NCBI RefSeq assembly: GCF_947495625.1
Contig: NZ_CANLZW010000018.1
Location: forward strand, 10,903-42,902
DNA length: 32,000 bases
Direction of reading: 5' to 3'
DNA from: an uncultured Cocleimonas sp.
GTDB lineage: Bacteria; Pseudomonadota; Gammaproteobacteria; Thiotrichales; Thiotrichaceae
Under the pieces are notes generated by a model. The model worked only from the letters and a program-made list of their open reading frames with translations, ran no database searches and was not told the DNA's origin. Both the position numbers and the translations under genes were made by a program. Positions 29,972-32,000 of this stretch are shown here, one piece after another; the stretch's first letter is position 1; every line of letters begins with the position of its first letter.

Positions 29972-30535
29972 TCCAACGGGAAGCGCAAGTATTTAACTCA
30001 AGAAGAACAAGAACGCTTTTTACAATCAGCAAGCGATCTTGACCGCGCCGAGGTGCGGACTTTTTGCATGACGCTAGCCTATACAGGGTGCAGAATATCC
30101 GAAGCGTTAGAACTCACCATCGACCGCGTGGACTTATCCGCTAAAACAATCAGCATTCGCACTTTAAAACAGCGCGATAAAATCATTTATCGGGACGTGC
30201 CCGTTCCAGACCATTTTATTGATGCCTTAAAGCTGGTGCATCATATCCAGAAGATGCAAAAACTGAAAGGCGGTGGTAAAGACACCCTGCTTTGAAGTTT
30301 TCGTCGTGTCATGGCATGGAAACATATTTCTAGGGTAATGCTATCTGCAGGTATTACAGGCGCACATGCTACGCCTAAAGGTTTACGGCATGGCTTTGGT
30401 GTTCGTATGGCACAAAAAACTCGCAATCCTCGCCTCGTGCAAAAACTACTAGGGCATAAGAGCCTAGAGACTACCGCTATTTATATGGACTTAGTAGGCG
30501 AAGAGGAACGCGCAGAGGTATTAGCCGCGTGGTAG
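29951..30535 (+). pseudogene. Small (~194 aa) tyrosine recombinase interrupted by a single in-frame TGA
   Basis: ORFs 29951-30295 and 30311-30535 share one frame. The TGA at 30293-30295 is followed by AGT TTT CGT CGT GTC ATG. The N-terminal part has 'TGCRISEALEL' (Arg I). The C-terminal part has 'KGLRHGFG' and 'LGHKSLETTAIYMD' (His/Tyr). The stop sits where homologues, as I recall them, have Trp (TGG). Confidence 0.8.
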
Positions 30536-30632
30536 CGGTGAGTTTTGAAACAAACCTACCAAGAGTTAGACGGAATCTGTAATAACAGGCAAAATACAGA
30601 CTGCGTCTAATAAACTGTTAGGTAAATAAGTA

Positions 30633-30956
30633 ATGGCAATGGACAATGACTGGCATTCAATAGATGTAGAAGCTGAGGTAACTCTTTTACCAAGCAGTCA
30701 GTCAGGTCGTGAAAAAGGTATTACATCTGGTTACAGACCTAATCATAATTTCGGTTCTACTGAAAATCCTGTTTTTGGTATGGGACAAATCACAGTTCCA
30801 AAAGATGAATGGATAGAACCAGGAAAATCAAAGAATGTAGTAATTCAATTTTTATTACATGAAGAACTAAAAATTAAATTAGCTTCCGGTGTAGTTTGGC
30901 GTATTCAAGAAGGCTCTCGTCATGTTGGAAATGGTAAAATTATTAAGGTAATCTAA
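30633..30956 (+). CDS. Stand-alone EF-Tu domain III-like protein
   Basis: 107 aa. 'VEAEVTLLPSSQSGREKGITSGYRPNHNFGS...GQITVPKDEWIEPGKSKNVVIQFLLH...GVVWRIQEGSRHVGNGKIIKVI' aligns block for block with EF-Tu domain III '[52 protein letters not shown]...[21 protein letters not shown]'. Confidence 0.75.
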   Translation: MAMDNDWHSIDVEAEVTLLPSSQSGREKGITSGYRPNHNFGSTENPVFGMGQITVPKDEWIEPGKSKNVVIQFLLHEELKIKLASGVVWRIQEGSRHVGNGKIIKVI

Positions 30957-31003
30957 GTTGTATGTACTTAATATTAAATAAAATACCTAACAAGTCGCTT
31001 AAG

Positions 31004-31048
31004 CGGAAAAAAGACTCGCTCGCGCTCACATTTTTCCGCTTAGCAAGG
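31004..31048. repeat. 45-nt repeat, copy A (within a 12-bp-stem palindrome)
   Basis: CGGAAAAAAGACTCGCTCGCGCTCACATTTTTCCGCTTAGCAAGG. TAAGCGGAAAAA (31000-31011) pairs with TTTTTCCGCTTA (31031-31042). It matches copy B at about 38 of 45 positions by eye. Confidence 0.6.
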
Positions 31049-31263
31049 CGATATGTGTCTGCGACGCGAAATAGAAAAAGTACCCAAAAGTACGGGGGGG
31101 TGAATTCACAGGGTGTCATTTCAAAATTAAATAACATAGCCAGTAAGGAATTTACCGTTTATCTTATTATTAATACGGTTATATCAACTTCAATATAATA
31201 ATGAAAAATAATTGATTAGGATACGGAAGTTTAACTCCCAAATTGACTTTAAAGAGAGGTACT

Positions 31264-31641
31264 ATGAAAAAATCAGACCAACAGTCACTTGATTCTATAA
31301 TTAATCAATTAAGATTATTTCAACAAGATCATGCAGTCCGCTTTAAAGAATCTGATTTTGGATTTAATGTATATTTAGAAAAAAATATAATTAAAGCCAG
31401 AATGAATCGTCAAAGAATGGACGAAAGACTATTAAAATCGTTGACTCCCTATATTAATAATAACTCTCCTTTCAAAGCTTCATTAGAAGAAGATAAAAGT
31501 ATTACAATATACGTGCCTGCTTTATTTGAAATTAAACCTAGGCCTTATAATTATTCTAAAATTATGTTTCATACCGATTCAGAAGTCATAAAACTTTCCA
31601 TAGAGAGAGGGTATGAAGACCAGTTGGTCATACCTAACTAG
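31264..31641 (+). CDS. Hypothetical protein (orphan)
   Basis: I trimmed the start to the ATG at 31264 ('MKKSDQQSLDS'), which has an AGAGAGG SD. About 125 aa. No motif recognised. Confidence 0.5.
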   Translation: MKKSDQQSLDSIINQLRLFQQDHAVRFKESDFGFNVYLEKNIIKARMNRQRMDERLLKSLTPYINNNSPFKASLEEDKSITIYVPALFEIKPRPYNYSKIMFHTDSEVIKLSIERGYEDQLVIPN

Positions 31642-31840
31642 AAAAATTACACGCTTGTAATGATCTAGGCGTTATTGTCTCTGCGAGACAAAAAATATTT
31701 TGTGGTATTTGAGTATTGCCAGTGCGTTTAGTCGGTTGCAGTTAGCGTTGGTTTAGCTTTTGTAGCTTTGTTTTTTTGCACATCTGTGATGTTCTATTAT
31801 TATCCACCTTAAGTTAATATCACATAACAATTTGCCACAT

Positions 31841-31885
31841 CGGAAAAACTACTCGCTCTCGCCCGCATTTTTTCGCTGAGCAAGG
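31841..31885. repeat. 45-nt repeat, copy B
   Basis: CGGAAAAACTACTCGCTCTCGCCCGCATTTTTTCGCTGAGCAAGG. It has the same order of blocks as copy A, and CGGAAAAA pairs imperfectly with TTTTTCG. Confidence 0.6.
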
Positions 31886-32000
31886 AGTTAGGACTTAAAG
31901 GATTAAATTTAGTTTATGCCCTAAAAGGGTTCCTTTTTGGTGCAGTTGGCTATTACTTCTCCCGCTTTAACTTTCTACATTACGATTATTTTTGTTTGTT

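Larger units (their letters stand above)
12100..32000. mobile_element. Putative genomic (defence) island: BREX operon plus recombinase modules; boundaries unresolved
   Basis: The gene content changes abruptly from housekeeping to BREX. The region also holds one intact and one nonsense-disrupted tyrosine recombinase, orphan ORFs and AT-rich ORF-free gaps. No att repeats were identified and the right end lies outside the window. Confidence 0.45.

Noticed and set aside
30943-31198. ORFs 30943-31137 (minus) and 30962-31198 (plus)
   Set aside because: They overlap each other and run straight through the palindromic repeat. They lack an SD and have odd basic, low-complexity translations, so they are most likely non-coding.
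29951-31894. Integron (integrase plus attC-separated cassettes)
   Set aside because: The recombinase is only ~194 aa, co-directional with the ORFs and lacks the size and extra domain of IntI. Only two repeats are visible and their R-box-like ends are imperfect. It is reported as cassette-like, not called an integron.

Overview
The window comes from a low-GC gammaproteobacterial chromosome and splits into two parts. Positions 1-12000 are ordinary core genome. They carry a glycine-zipper lipoprotein, mtgA, three conserved DUF genes (DUF482/FemAB-like, DUF938 methyltransferase, DUF1853), and on the minus strand the classic thrS-infC-rpmI-rplT-pheS-pheT-ihfA-merR cluster. Its regulatory features are visible: a tRNA-Thr anticodon-arm mimic in front of thrS, a non-AUG infC start, and a terminator between rplT and pheS. 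From about 12.1 kb to the window end lies an accessory region. It holds a tightly packed minus-strand type 1 BREX operon (extra small gene, brxA, brxB, brxC, pglX, pglZ, brxL; 12567-27044). Next come a divergent HTH / tyrosine-recombinase / coiled-coil module, a poly-Ser-tailed membrane protein, a small tyrosine recombinase killed by one in-frame TGA, a stand-alone EF-Tu domain-III-like protein, an orphan ORF and two copies of a 45-nt repeat. The most unusual feature is BrxL. Its N-terminal and MCM-like AAA+ parts are canonical, but the usual C-terminal Lon-protease-like domain is replaced by a domain closely resembling the PLD-fold C-terminal domain of eukaryotic MITD1 (MIT_C). It keeps an HxR(x4)D relic of the HKD motif. 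No tRNA, rRNA or CRISPR array was seen. All homology statements are by-eye motif recognition and need HMM/BLAST confirmation.
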